DNA of 64,000 bases, taken from contig OX597821.1 in assembly GCA_951406725.2 (NCBI GenBank), positions 38,502,001 through 38,566,000 of the forward strand, written 5' to 3'. Under the pieces are notes generated by a model, which was given only the letters and a program-made list of their open reading frames with translations, was not told the DNA's origin and did not search any database. The translations under genes and the position numbers were made by a program. Positions 1-13,195 of the stretch are shown here, in pieces (positions within the stretch are counted from its first letter, which is position 1; the number at the start of each line of letters is the position of its first letter). The stretch comes from Octopus vulgaris (lineage: Eukaryota).

Positions 1-379
1 TTCGATTCCCTTGCAGCAAGTTGTAGATTTTTCTATTCTTCCATATTAAGATTGCATAAAGCTGCATACATTGCTGTATAATATACTGAAGGAATATTAA
101 TAGAAAACAAATATGATTCTGTGAAAATGTAGAATATCAATGGAAGTAATCAGTAAAGGAAACAGGAATGGTCAGTTATTGATACTTCTTTTTATTTTGT
201 TGTATTTTTTTCATTCCTCTGGATTTTTTTGTGTAAACAGTGTTTTGAGAATGTTTGGGAAAATCTCGAGCAAACATAATAGAAAATGAAGAACTGTTGT
301 ATTTCTGGTTGACAAAGAATGGCAAAACAGACATGATAGCATAAACAAATATCAAATATACAAATACAGAAACATTCAA

Positions 380-1015
380 AAGATAACTAAAGAGAAAAGA
401 GAGAGAGAGAAAGAGAGGGAAAGAGAGACAGTAAAATGAGTTGAATAAAGAGAATGATTAGATGAAGGGAATGTGGACAGAGAAGAGCAAAGGAGAGACG
501 AGAACAGAGAAAGAACATGGAATAAAAGAATATGGTGAGAAAAGTAGGAAGTGGGGTGGTTATATAAAAGATTAGAGAAATGGGATATGAGACTGTTAGG
601 AAATAGAGAGCAGGAAATAAAGAGCATGGAAATAACACACACACACACAGAGAAAGAGAAAGAAAGAGCATAAGAGAAATTAAGAGAGAGAGAGAATGAC
701 TGGTGAGGGACAAAAACATTTAAAATTGAACAAAAAACATGACAGAAATGAGGAAGTGAGAGAGAGAGGGGGAAGGAGGGGGGAGAGAAAATTAAGAGTC
801 AATAAAATGGTAAAGTTTTAAAGAAAGGATTAAGGTCAGCAGATTATCTAGTGTAAGTTGTACCAATATTGATGCAGCTACAGATAGAGATAAGGGGATT
901 ATAGCAAAGATATGGAGGTGAAAGTGACAGGCAGAAAGACAGCTAGATAGACTGGAATTATATAAGGAAAGAGAGAGAGAGAGTGGGGCAGAGTGTGTAG
1001 ATGGCTGGGAATACA
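380..1015. repeat. Purine-rich (GA/AG) low-complexity tract
   Basis: Degenerate (GA)n runs with strong purine skew on +. The S/L/F-rich minus-strand ORFs here are compositional artefacts. Confidence 0.8.
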
Positions 1016-1740
1016 CAAATAAAAACTAAGAAAGAATCCATGAAAACATGGATGATATTCCCATTCAGATTCCAAGAATGTAAGGAGACAATTCTTACAC
1101 AGAGTGGCTCTGCTTAAAATGGAGATGTCACATAGAAGTCATTGGAACAGATTTTGATGTGGTGTGTCTACCATATGAGAGCATATACACCTAGAAGAAG
1201 CCAGAAGAATTATATAATGCACCATCGTACAAAGCTAAATATTGATACAGAAGATCAAATAAAAGAATCTGGAGGAAAAAAAAAAGAAAACTAAAAGCAG
1301 ATGGTGAAGATGGGAAGAGAAAGTGAAAGTAAAGAGTAAATAGAAAGAAAAAAAGGTAGAGATAAGAGACAGCCATAGGGAAGAGAGAAACTAAATCAAA
1401 GAAATAATAAAGATTTCAAGCATTGGTAAATGGTTTCAAAAGTGTAGGTTTATTGAACTAACCCCAGTGCAAGCTTGTTACATAATTTCAACTTGGGAAA
1501 AAAATTCATGGCCGCCATGTTCTGCATGAAAAACAAACTGTTAGGTTGGTGCTAACATATTGTTTGCAGTGAATTGAGAAATATCCATTCATTTATGTTA
1601 CACCTGTCATTAGGAGAAATAATCATAAGTTCAGAGAGCAGTTCTAGTCAAGAAAAGCAGGCGAGGTATCTCTGAAATTTCAATGAATTTTAAAAACATT
1701 TTTTTAAAAAATGCTAATTATTTTTAAAGAAATTTTAATC

Positions 1741-1920
1741 ATCATCATTATCATCATCATCATCGTTTAACATCCACTTTCCATGCTAGCATGGGTTGAA
1801 CGATTTGACTGAGGGCTGGCGAACCAGATGGCTGCACCAGGCTTCAATCTTGATCTGGCAGAGTTTCTACAGCTGGATGCCCTTCCTAACGCCAACCACT
1901 CCGAGAGTGTAGTGGGTGCT
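1741..1920 (-). mobile_element. Family A non-LTR retroelement 3' end (RTE-type 3'UTR or SINE tail), truncated
   Basis: (CAT)n + cgtttaacatccactttccatgctagcatgggttg...ggatgcccttcctaacgccaaccact; this motif recurs more than 10 times in the window. Confidence 0.85.
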
Positions 1921-2822
1921 ACATCATCCATGTACAGACACTGATCGCCTATACATGAAGAGAGCAATTGGAGGAAGAGGACTAATAAGTGTGGAAGCCT
2001 GTGTACGTATCGAACTCGAGAGCTTAATGAGATACCTAACCCCAAAATAAAGGAACTTTATAAGTAAGAGTTAAGAACGAGAGAGTATTGAGAGCAGAGT
2101 AAAAAGGGAAAACGACGGAAGAAGTACTAATAGGTCATGAAGAAGAATTACACAAGAAGGAATTACACAATCAATTCCATGTATCCACAACAGAAGTTGC
2201 TGGAAAGAATAGATGGGATTGGCTGAAAAAAGGAACATTAAAAAATGAGACCATGGGCACTATACAGGAAGCACAAGACCAAGCCTTGGCCATGAACTGG
2301 AGGGTCAACGTGAGGAATGAACAAGTGTCTCTGCTGTGCTGCATCTGTAATAAAGTGGATGAAACCATTGCCCATATCACAAACGAATGCCCTAGAGTTG
2401 CCCCAAACCACTACAAGTTGTGGCGATAGTGCTACACTGGTAGCGAAAGTTCTACATTGGAAACTGTGTGAAAAGTGGGGGCTAGAGAGAGACAAGACAT
2501 GGTATGAGAACAAACCATAGAGAGTGGCGGAGTCAGAGAGTGGTGGAGTCAGAGACTAGCAAACTCCTCTGGGATTTCCCAATCCAAATAGATCAAGTGC
2601 TTGAACATAACAAGATGCTCCACATATGCTATACAGTTGATGTTGCATGACCCTTTGACCGGCGAATAGTCAAGAAGGAAGGTGAAAAAATAGATAATAC
2701 AACCCTCTTAAGTATGAAATAGCATGGCTATGGAAAATGAAGACGGTGAAGGTACTGTAGGCTGAAGGTAGCAAGCCCACTGCACATGCAAGACTCTAGG
2801 AGTTCCAACAAAATCTGTAATA

Positions 2823-2857
<35 letters not shown>

Positions 2858-2858
2858 A
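1916..2858 (+). mobile_element. R4/Dong-clade LINE, 5'-truncated and degenerate (RT C-terminus, CCHC knuckle, restriction-like endonuclease)
   Basis: Manual translation: HHPCTDTDRLYMKRAIGGRGLISVEACV; WDWLKKGTLKNETMGTIQEAQDQAL; CCICNKVDETIAHITNECP; VAKVLHWKLC; LLWDFPIQID. Ends in (TAA)n at about 2817-2858. Confidence 0.9.
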
Positions 2859-2859
2859 C

Positions 2860-4010
2860 AGGCATTTGACAATTGAAGGTGCAACCTCAGTCCAATGATT
2901 TTGGACGGCTGGCTCCCGTACATCAGCAACAAATGTTGTGCAACAAACAGAATAATCATAATCAGAAAAAAGCTTAAAAACAATGCCATAACTACAACAA
3001 TATCGCGGAGAGGACATAAACTCCCAGAAACAAAGAATTTGTTTCCAGAAGAACAGAACAGAGAGTGGAAAGTACATGGCCAATCAACAAATCCATAACT
3101 GACTGCAGAAAGAGAAAGAAGGGTCTGTGCATAGTATGGATTGATTACAAAAGGATTTTTGACGGTAATTCCGATATTTGACCTTGAGAATACTAGCCAT
3201 GAGTTGGGTAGCACCAGCAATTGGGAGACATAATATCATGAATAAATGGCAAACTATTCTTCAGCTTCAAACAAGAGATTATAAATGCAAATCTACTTTC
3301 ACTAGAGAAGGAATTTTCCAAGGTGATTCCCTCTCCCAATTCCATTTTCTCTAGTCTAATTTACATGCTAAAAGAAAGCAAATCAAACATCTTTTGTGTA
3401 TGAATGAACTCAAATTGTACACTGCAAAACAAACCCAAAAGGAATTCAGCAAAACACCATGACAAAGTTGCACAGTAGGTACTTTGGGAAATAGACTGAG
3501 CAGGTACAGGCTTGAGTGTACCGCCATGTGATACAAGCAACACTTGCCAGCTACAGTGTGATACACCAACACTTGCCAGCTACAGTGAATAATCAAGCGA
3601 AATTCAGTGGGAACGAACATCCACACAGACAGAAAACTGAAAAATCAGCAATATAATGGACCAAATATCACTCTCTAATAGAAAGAGTCCAAAGAATGGA
3701 TTGTTATTAACATGGTAACCTGCAGATCCAAAGATTGTGAACACAGAGATTGAGTAAATCAAAATGGTCTCAAAATCTGGCATTTGAAGAGCAGCTTATT
3801 CAGAGATGCTCAAGAGTGAATATGACACCAATCGGGATTAGTGCACTCAGATCCATTTCAAGGAACACAAAAACCTGGCATCAGAAGTTGCAAATATGAA
3901 ACATCACTGAAAGTAGACAGTGGGTGGTCATACTTGGAATGGTGCACATGTAGAGGGAAGTGTTGCGCTCTAGGCTGTGGGAAGGAGTTGTGACATGACA
4001 TAACCCAGAA
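2860..4010 (+). mobile_element. R4/Dong-clade LINE relic with large internal deletions
   Basis: RT motifs CRKRKKGLCIVWIDYKRIFD (~3100-3165), GIFQGDSLS (~3310-3336) and KHLLCMNELKLY (degenerate YMDD region); endonuclease-end remnants at ~3600-3970. Confidence 0.75.
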
Positions 4011-4119
4011 AATATAAAAAATTGGAGGCGATCATAGTGATTATTTCTAATACAGATGAAATGCCAAAAGTCTGAGTGGGGGGGGAGGAGGTCTTGCATT
4101 TGTCGATTGAATTTCTCCA

Positions 4120-4410
4120 GCATTTGACTCCTACTTTCTTTTATTGACTCTCAAAGGACAAAAGGCAAATTTGACTGGGGAAAGAATTGAGAGTGCAGGA
4201 ACCTGGAACGAATGCTGTAAAACATTCTGCCCAAGTTCTAAAGTCTTTGCTAGCTCATCACTCTATAATCAATTTTATTTTAGGAGCAAGACCAGTAACT
4301 TTGAGGGGAGGGTGTGAGTCGATATCGTTGACCCTAGTACTTGACTGTTATTTTATTTTATTGCTCCCAGAAGGATGAAAGCAAAGTTGACCTCAGTTGT
4401 ATTTAAATTC
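4120..4410 (-). mobile_element. Two degenerate Family B SINE fragments
   Basis: aaaggcaaatttgac and aaggatgaaagcaaagttgacctc match the reverse complement of the Family B core. Confidence 0.6.
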
Positions 4411-5584
4411 TGTGAACCATTATTTTTCTAATTGACCACAAGATGTGTGGGAAACAGCAGTAAGGGAAATATATTGAAAAATAGCAGAGTTCTGTGGTTG
4501 TGTTAAACAGGATTCCTAGTTGTTACACTTGCAGCAGTAAGAGCCATTTGAGGGTGTTCTGTTTGGAAACAGCTGAGAGTAGTAGAGCAGTAGATTTTAA
4601 AGAATTCGTTTGAATGGAATTGCTGGTCGTATCACTTATTACAGGTGAGAGGATGGCTGAAGGCACACCATATCTTCAGTCCTCCAAATCGACAACTAAA
4701 AAGCAATCTATCGGTAAATCAAAGGCTTTGTAACAAAGAGAAATGGAAAGTAAACTGCTAGTAACAAAGTTGAAAAAAAAAAAAGGAAAGGAAAGGGAAA
4801 CACTGCTCGCCCACCATCACTTCTATCACCATTGAAAAAAATCTATCCAACAAATCATAAATGAATACAAAAAGAACTGAAATCCAAAATGCTGAAGATC
4901 TTAGAAGTCCCTGTGGAAACATTACACCAAAAACACAGCCACGAGAAAAGTACAAGCGCAGTCATCCCTTGCGTAACAACAATAAGTACAAGAAACACAA
5001 GCTACATCCAATCGATCAGTTAACAATGAACCGAAAGTTACATAAACAATGAAGGCAATAAAAAGAATAAAAAATAAAATCGATGAACATGGATAAAAGG
5101 AAACATTTGTCCCGGCTACAAACGAATGAAAGTGAAATATATGTAAGAGGGAAAAAGATGTCAACCAGGGAGTAGAGAAACAGAATCCATATAACAAAAA
5201 TGTTTACACCAATAAAACAATCTGAGAAGCAAGAGAAAACCTTTAAATCAACAAATGACATGAGAAATAAGATACTCCAAAAGCTGCGATCATCTCTCAG
5301 AGGGAAAATAATGCCATTTGAGTCAAATAACTATGATTTTACTGAGATATTAACATAATAAAAACATATCAGGTGGGAGGAGATGGTTGAGATCAAACAT
5401 TGGGAGAAAATATGGAACAAATATATTAAATACATTAAAGAAACACAATGAAGGGAAGGAGTAATGGAGTATAATAGTGCCACTTACATGTCGTGCCATA
5501 TGTCACAGCTATGACTCACTATATCAGGCAAGGAACTGACCAACAATTTAAGAACTGGAAGCAAATGGTAGGACCCTTGGATTG

Positions 5585-6300
5585 CCAAGATCATCTATTT
5601 CTTATATTCTTCCTGTACCAATTTGGGTCATTCTTCCACAGTGTGTGCCTCTGTCCCGTTCCAAGTTCCACAGGCTCTACATTTTTCTGATACATTCTCT
5701 CCCTATATACTTTTTCGCAAGTTTGTTTTCATCACTTGATGTCGGGCTGCTACAATTAGGCTCTCTGTTTCTGTTTTTTAATTACCCCTTTTTTTAACAA
5801 AGCCCAGGATTTTGCCCCACATGCATCTTCTTCAGTGGCTCTCCAAAATTGGAAATGCAGAAGTTTCTCTTCGACCTGTCTGACGTGCTCTCTTTGTATT
5901 TCATTCTTGTCCTTTTTCCCCCATTACACACTTCATCACCTGTTCTATATTCACTGTCTTTAGTAGTTTTTCTGTTCTGCTCTGTAAATACTCTACTAGA
6001 CTTTTTCTTTCCACCTGTACACATTATTCTACTGCTATTAAACCTCTTCCAGCCTGGTCTCTCCTCAAGTACAGCCGGTTGAGATCAGCTTTCGGATGGT
6101 GGGCTTCAACTGTCTTCACCAACTTCCTAGTTTTTTTGTCAAGTATTTTTCTATCGTTTTTGGTCCAGTCTATAATTCCAACTCTATATCTGATTAAGAG
6201 TAGTGCTCTTGAATGTATTGCTTCAATAAGATTTTATTGAATTCAGCTTTGACTGCAATAAATTTTCTATCTTTGAGATTATTGTTATTATTATTATTAT
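5585..6300 (-). mobile_element. R4/Dong-clade LINE fragment
   Basis: Minus translation: IRYRVGIIDWTKNDRKILDKKTRKL..AHHPKADLNRLYLRRDQAGRGLIAVE; SWALLKKG..ETESLIVAA; CRACGTWNGTEAHTVEE. Abuts a (TAA)n tract. Confidence 0.85.
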
Positions 6301-7090
6301 TGAGTGAGAGAGCAGTGCATGACATCAAAGTGACACTGGAGTAAAATATACGAAGCCCAATATACCCATCATGACTATCTGTCTGATAAGGGTACACTAG
6401 GCACACGTATCACAACCACATGTGCGCAACATGGTGATCTCATATTAAGATAAACAGCACATGACCTTGCAGATGGGGCCCAGTTAGAATTTTCTTCTGG
6501 TCAAGTAACCCAGCACGCTCAAAAGGTCCCTGAATAAGGGCTGTTTAAGGATGTTGAACGAAACACCCATGTTTCCAGAGATGAATTATCCAAACTCCAA
6601 AGAATCCCTCTCAACACATGGCTATGATGCTCCCCCACTACTTCTGCTCATTATCAGAGATGCACAAATCGTCAGCCAAGAAGGGAAAGGCAGCGAGCTG
6701 GCAGAAACGTTAGCACACTGGGTGAAATGCTTAGCAGTATTTCATCTGCTGTTATGTTCTGAGTTCAAATTCTGCTGAGGTCAACTTTGCCTTTCATCCT
6801 TTTGGGGTCGATAAATTAAGTACCAGTTACGCACTGGGGGCGATGTAATTGACTTAATCCCTTTGTTTATCCCCTCTATGTTTAGCCCCTTGTGAGCAAT
6901 AAAGAAATAAGAAGGGAATGCTTATCTGGTTAAGGTCAATCTTGTTACAAGCAAATCTGTGGTATTGAGCAGAATATTTGCTGTAGCCCATCTTTTATAC
7001 CAAGACAAAACAATGTATATGATAAAACTTCCAATCAGTTAAGATCAGAAGCCATGAGAGCCAGTGCCTGGTACAGCATCAGGGCATTCA
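6301..7090. mobile_element. Unclassified ~560-bp non-coding interspersed element between (TTA)n tracts, interrupted by a SINE
   Basis: Complex, more GC-rich block sharply bounded by (TTA)n on both sides; continuous across the 6688-6908 insertion. Only one copy in the window. Confidence 0.5.
6688..6908 (+). mobile_element. Family B tRNA-derived SINE, full length, 10-bp TSD
   Basis: TSD aagaagggaa at 6678-6687 and 6909-6918; A-box-like tggcagaaacgtt, B-box-like gagttcaaattc; core gtcaactttgcctttcatcc..ggggtcgataaattaagtaccag. Confidence 0.9.
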
Positions 7091-7096
7091 ATATCA

Positions 7097-7327
<231 letters not shown>

Positions 7328-7564
7328 CCTAATCAGCACTTCGAGTGTTCAGAGAGTGCATTGTTGACAAAATTTATCGGAATGTTCTTTTATATTTTCA
7401 ATTAAGTTTTAGAATAAATATCTATTGGATGAGGAAGAATCACAGACTGGAGATATTGTTTGTAAACTTTTGTGATTCATTATAAAATCTAATTCAATTG
7501 TATAAATAGTTGTAGAATGATCAGAATTAATTACTTGCAGAGGGAGCAAAATGATTAAAAATAT

Positions 7565-7680
7565 AGGCTCAAGTATGGTTATATGATTAAGGAGTTCGCT
7601 TTCCAACTATGTTGCTTCAGGTTCAATCCTATTGCATGGCACCTTAGACAAGCATCTTTGACAATAACATGAGCCTTTCA
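7565..7680 (+). mobile_element. Family D (CORE-like) SINE head, degenerate
   Basis: ggttcaatcctattgcatggcaccttagacaagcatctt matches the head of the 51203-51613 copy. Confidence 0.6.
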
Positions 7681-7681
7681 G

Positions 7682-8003
7682 CATCATCATCGTCGTTTAA
7701 TGTCCGTTTTCCATGCTAGCATGGGTTGGACAGTTCGACCGGGGTTTGGTAAGCCTTGGAGGCTGCACCAGGCTCCAGTCTGATCTGGCAGTGTTTCTAC
7801 AGCTGGATTCCCTTCCTAATGCCAACCACTCCATGAGTGTAGTGGGTGCTTTTTACGTATCCCCGGTACAGGTGCCAGGTGAGGCTGGCAACAGCTATGA
7901 TTGGTTGGTGCTTTTTACATGCCACCGGCACGGAACCCAATAAAGGCGGTGCTGGCATCGGCCACGTTCAGATGGTGCTTTTTACATGCCTTCAGCACAG
8001 GTG
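7682..8003 (-). mobile_element. Family A retroelement 3' end with ~3 internal ~60-bp units
   Basis: (CAT)n tail, Family A motif and repeated ggtgctttttacatgcc units. Confidence 0.85.
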
Positions 8004-9191
8004 GAAATTTAAAGAATCCTCCCATACGTACACGTATGTTTGCCTCCTTGTCATTATATGATAGTAGTAAGCAGCTGGCATTTTTTTGTAGAAGCAGTGC
8101 AATTTTATCTTAATCTTTTATTTGTTTCAGCTATGCAGCTGTGGCCATGCTGAAGCATGTTTATAATCTCATGAGCGGGGTACTGGTGACACAAAAGCAT
8201 TTGACCTTAGAAAGTCCACATGAAGAAATCAGGTAGGCATGGATAAAATAACAATGATGACTTCTGAAATATCCAGAACCAATTCCTTTCAGATAGTCAC
8301 TTTCATTCATTTACAAGAGAAAAATGTGATGTCAAGGCTCTGACAAAGAATGGTAAATAAGGAAAATGATTGATACATACTTTTACTAATGATGGAGAAA
8401 AGAAGACACAGAATCCAGATTACGTTTCACTTTATAACTTTATAATCACTCCCAAAACAAACTCTGGAACTACACAAGTAAATGGCAACCTTTCTGTAAA
8501 TACAGACTAATTCTTCTTCTTTATATCTCTTTAGATCAAACTTTTGTTGTTGTTTTTTGTATGTAATTGTTGCTGTTGGCATTGTTGTCATTCAGAATAA
8601 CTGAGGGAATGTTACTCAACTATGATTACAGGCAAATCATTCAAACATACCCTGTAGACAACCCAGCATGCATTACTTCTCTACCATTTTCTTGTCTGCT
8701 GAAGAAGGTTAATTCAATTTTGGGGATTTTTTAGGAAAACTGGGAGAATTTCATGACTTTATAGCTTAAATGGAATGCCGAGGGAAAAAATTCATAAATA
8801 AAAAGAGAATTTTTGGAAAAGAGAGAAATGTAAGATTAGACAAATATATAATAATAAGAATGATAAAAGTAGAAATAATGTATTAATGGTGTTGAAGTGT
8901 TTTATTAAATATGTAGATGGAGACGAACGAAGAAAACAAGATTAAAAAATATTGTTGAGAATATGAACTTTTTTTATCAATTAGACATATTTTCCCAAGA
9001 TTTAGAAAATTATCTGGGAAATTATAGCGAGTCTCCAGTATCATGTATAAGAATGGCACTAATTAAATTATGTAATTACACCTGTTTAGACTGATATGGT
9101 TTTAACAAAAAGCCAAAGGGTTTGTTACATTTGTACTGTTACATATGTAGAGCATCCCTACTCATTGATTAAAATTATTGAGCAAATATAT

Positions 9192-9248
<57 letters not shown>

Positions 9249-9277
9249 ATAGTAGTAGTAGTAGTAGTAGTAGTAGT
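9192..9277. repeat. (GTA)n microsatellite
   Basis: Directly visible. Confidence 0.95.
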
Positions 9278-9747
9278 GTGGTAATATGACTGTAGTAATT
9301 TAAATTGTATAATGTTCTAGAATAGTTGTGGTCTAATATTATTTTGATTGCTTGAAAGATGTCAAATGCCAGTGTTGAGGTAATCACAACTTTAACAGAA
9401 TTGTCAAGTAATCACTGACCAATGTAATGAATACAGGAATCTTTTTTTTTTCTTTTGGTGGAGGAATTTTGGAATTGTATGCAAGAAACATTTGTACAAG
9501 ATGGTATTATCAGTATAATAGTATGCATATGGAATTGAGGTGTTAAAGGGGAGTTAATTAAGGTTACATTAGTTAAATAAAACTACTATCATTTATTTTT
9601 AATTAAATACTTTGACAAATCAATACAGCGAAATAATTTGTACCCCCTCCTAGTTTGAGGAGTTTAGTATAATATAACAGAACGTGGACATGATGAAATT
9701 TTAGAAGTGTATCATTCTGGAGCAAAGGGATTGATTCAAGTGCTTAA

Positions 9748-9967
9748 CCCTTTCATTACCAACCTGGCTGAAACCGGCTGTGGCTCTGAGTACAAATGTT
9801 TTGTTTTCATAAGTTTTGAATTAAAATTTCCCACCAAACCTTAGTCGCAATTTATGTTCCTAACACTAGCTTAATGATAACTAAGTTATTTTACTAAATT
9901 CTTTGTTATATTTAAAGTAATTGAAAGAAACACAGAGCATTTCAAAATAGATACAGTAACGAAAGGG
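9748..9967. mobile_element. piggyBac-type MITE
   Basis: TTAA|ccctttcattac ... gtaacgaaaggg|TTAA: TTAA TSD, CCC/GGG termini, 12-bp TIR with 1 mismatch. Confidence 0.85.
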
Positions 9968-10134
9968 TTAATATGAGAGGTGACAGGTGCTTTGTGTAAG
10001 CTTAGTTTGTGTGTAGTGCACAACTGACAGTTTAGAAGAGCAGACAACATTGCATATAGGCACAAGTGTTTAAAAAGACAACATTGATAACATAGCAATA
10101 AAATAAATTAATGGAATATAATAATGTGAAATAT

Positions 10135-10600
10135 GTGGGTGGTTGGTGTTAGGAAGAGCACCCAGCTGTAAAAATCCTGCCAAAACAGACACAGAAGTCT
10201 GGTACTTACTTGTGCTTGTGATGGCATTCACCCATGGCGGGTTGAACCAGCTTCTTCTCTGTTCCTAATGGCATCATGAACCATGGTGGCCTGTGCTTGA
10301 CGGTCCTGTGCGAGGTCACTGGAGATAGTGAGCCATTCGCGGTTCCATCTGCACAGACCGGCCACCTGCGGACCTGAGAGTTCGGAGAGGTCTTCCTTTA
10401 TCATCGTTGACCAGGTCTTCAGCTGCCCGCCCGTGCGTTTGCATCAGCTGGGAAGTGGAGGTGAGAGGAGGAGGAGGTGAGGTGGGCGGGGGTGGGAAGT
10501 CTGGTGCAAGCTTCTGCCTGGCCAACTCCTGTCAAACTGTGCTAACCATGACAGCATGAAAGGCAGACGTTAAATAATGATGATGATGATGATGATGATA
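10135..10600 (+). mobile_element. Family A retroelement 3' end split by an RTE insertion
   Basis: ggttggtgttaggaagagcacccagctgta...gaagtctggt [insert] gaagtctggtgcaag...cagacgttaaataatgatgat. Confidence 0.8.
10204..10495 (-). mobile_element. 5'-truncated RTE-clade LINE 3' end with 10-bp TSD
   Basis: TSD gaagtctggt at 10194-10203 and 10496-10505; GC-rich; minus frame KRTGGQLKTWSTMIKEDLSELSGPQVAGLCRWNREWLTISSDLAQDRQA...AGSTRHG*; tail caagtaagt. Confidence 0.85.
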
Positions 10601-11834
10601 ATAATTGGTTTCATCATAGTATACAGACTTTTTCTAAGTAGTAAACCCAACGGGTCCTCAGTTCAAACTTCTTCTCAGACAGAATGTCTTGAATGATTAT
10701 ATGACTCCTCTTCATTCTATTTAGTTGATAAAAAGACAAAAGAAGGAACATTCTTACATCAAGATAGATGAAAAGCATCAAAATAACCTTCAGCTTTTTT
10801 AAACAATAAAGTAGCTATTTTTTTTTATTTGGCAACAAGACCAATTAATTCGTCCCGAATCTTTCTTTCTTTTTCTTGAACTGTTCCAGTATTTTTAATT
10901 TCAATTACTGTCATATGTCCACCCAGCTTTATTCAAATCGTTTGAAAGGCTTACATATTTACTAACTGCTGCTAAGTTTTATAGGTTTTAAGCCAACACT
11001 GTAAAAGCAGGAATTTCCATCCAGAATATGAAGGAAATATCGCAAATGAACAATGTCAACTATCTCAACCGAGTGTGTAATATAATATGCAAACAGTAAA
11101 TTTGAATCCCTCACAAACAAACATTTCATTTAACATTCAGTGCTCACGTTTACCAATTTGGAAATATAGGAAAGAGTAAGGATGACAGGAAATAAGATTC
11201 CCAAGCTCACTAATTATCAAACTAACGATGTTGGATTATAAAGTTAATTGAATCACTTGCATTTATTTCCTGACAACTTGTTTAATGAAGCATTAGCCAT
11301 TAGAAAGAAATAACAAAACTCAGTAAAAAATAAAAAATATAAGAAAAAAATGTCAGTAAACAATAAATAAACTGAAATAGTTGGTTTAAATTAAACAGCT
11401 GTTTGTGAAGGGGCACCTGTTTCACTATTATATAATATATTACACAGTTTATGAATGAATGGAAACAGAAAAATAAACAATCTTTTGCTGAACACCCCCA
11501 AAATATCAGACAATTACTTGGCAATAATGGTTCAAATCTTACTAAGTACATGGTTTTATTTTTGATATTCTCCTTATTTCTTTATTCTTACTGCCTCTCC
11601 ATATATACATAGTGTGTGTGTGTCTTTGTGTTTATGTGTGTTTATGTACATGTGTGTGTGTGTGTGTGTTTATGTGTGTGTGTGTGTTTATGTGTGTGTG
11701 TGTGTTTATGTGTGTATGTGTGTGTGTAATAATAAAAATAATAGTGGTTTCAAATTTTGGTACAAGGTCAGCAGTTTCAGGGCTGAGGATAAGTAGATTA
11801 CATTCCTGCTAATTAAATTAGCATCTAATAGTTT

Positions 11835-12060
11835 AGACTACTAAAATACAAAATTGCAAGAATATGGACTATGAAGAGAGTGTCTGTCATTCCAGTAGTT
11901 GTAGGGGTACTCAGAGCATAGGAACCAAGTTTGAAAAATGTCAGAGAAATTGGAATTGACATGAGGGCAGAGCAGGCCCAAACAACTGTTTTATTGGGGA
12001 CAACAAGCATCTTGTGATTGGTTCTTAGGTGTTGAGTATCTTTGATGATAGTTAACATTC
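11835..12060 (+). mobile_element. R4/Dong LINE 3' end (endonuclease C-terminus)
   Basis: KYKIARIWTMKRVSVIPVVVGVL...REIGIDMRAEQAQTTVLLGTTSIL. Confidence 0.75.
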
Positions 12061-12157
12061 AAACACCTTGGGTAAGTGACTTCTATTATAGCCCCAGGCT
12101 GACCAAAACCTTGTAAACGAATTTGGTAGATGGAAAGTGAAAGAACCATGTCGTATG

Positions 12158-12228
<71 letters not shown>

Positions 12229-12712
12229 GTAAAAGTATGTATATATGTGTGTATTTATATTTATAACTTAACCTTATGTACTTTCTAAAATCTCTGGCGA
12301 AGCCTAGAAAAACACCCAAGTACCTCAATTTCATCTACTAATTACTTCAGTCCACTGGAGGGATAAAAATAGAATGAGGTATTATTGCCTCTTGGCTGAA
12401 ACAGCTGTAAGATATTATCCCAATTTCTATTGCTCAACGTTATATATTTTAATAATTACTGATATTTTTATATTTTATATATTATATATGTAAAGCATAA
12501 GATGTTATACATGTATGTATATTGTTATAACTGTCCTTTTAGTAAATAAATAAATTGACATAATATAATGTCTAAAAGTTGATGAATACCACCTATTGAT
12601 CCCCTGCATTTTCTTATTGCTCTCTCTCTCTATATTTATATATATAAGAATTTTTTGCGTAATAAGATAAAAAAAACCAAGGCTGTATAGATATTAGAGC
12701 ATTTATAGATAG

Positions 12713-12764
12713 GTCTTACAGATGTTTCTAGGATATTTATTAATAATATCTCTTCATCGGAGAC
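12713..12764 (-). ncRNA. Type I minimal hammerhead-like ribozyme (CCGAUGA core variant)
   Basis: Reverse complement: gtct CCGATGA a gagatatt..aatatccta GAAA c-atct-g TA agac. Confidence 0.55.
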
Positions 12765-13195
12765 AGTGTGAGAGGAAAGCTAAGCCATAGTTTAGATGTG
12801 ATACAATATAGAGAGTGAGGTGGAGGAAAGAAAATAGATGCAAGATATGCATGGGTATTGAAGTTGCACTTTAAATACAAACCTTTGACTCTGCAACTCT
12901 GTATATAAATTCTCTACAAGGAATGACCAAGTTTAAAAATCTGCTGGATCTCACTCATAAGGGAATCTTACATTGCTTATAAATTCTATATTTGGAAGGA
13001 CTCATTTTAATCTCTGTTGGACTTTTGGACTTTACTCATAGGATATTGGAATATTGCATATATACCATTATGCCTAAAAGATGGATTTACAACTTCAATA
13101 CCCATACATATCTTGCATCTATTTTCTTTCCTCCACCTCACTCTCTATTTTGTATCACATCTAAACTAACTATGACTTAACCTTCCTCTCACACC

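Noticed and set aside
1085-1200. Possible pogo/CENP-B HTH remnant (VIGTDFDV-VSTI)
   Set aside because: Needs frameshifts, is very short and no TIRs were seen.
8381-8493. Minus-strand exon candidate (tttacag|...|gtatgt)
   Set aside because: Stops in all three frames and a weak polypyrimidine tract.
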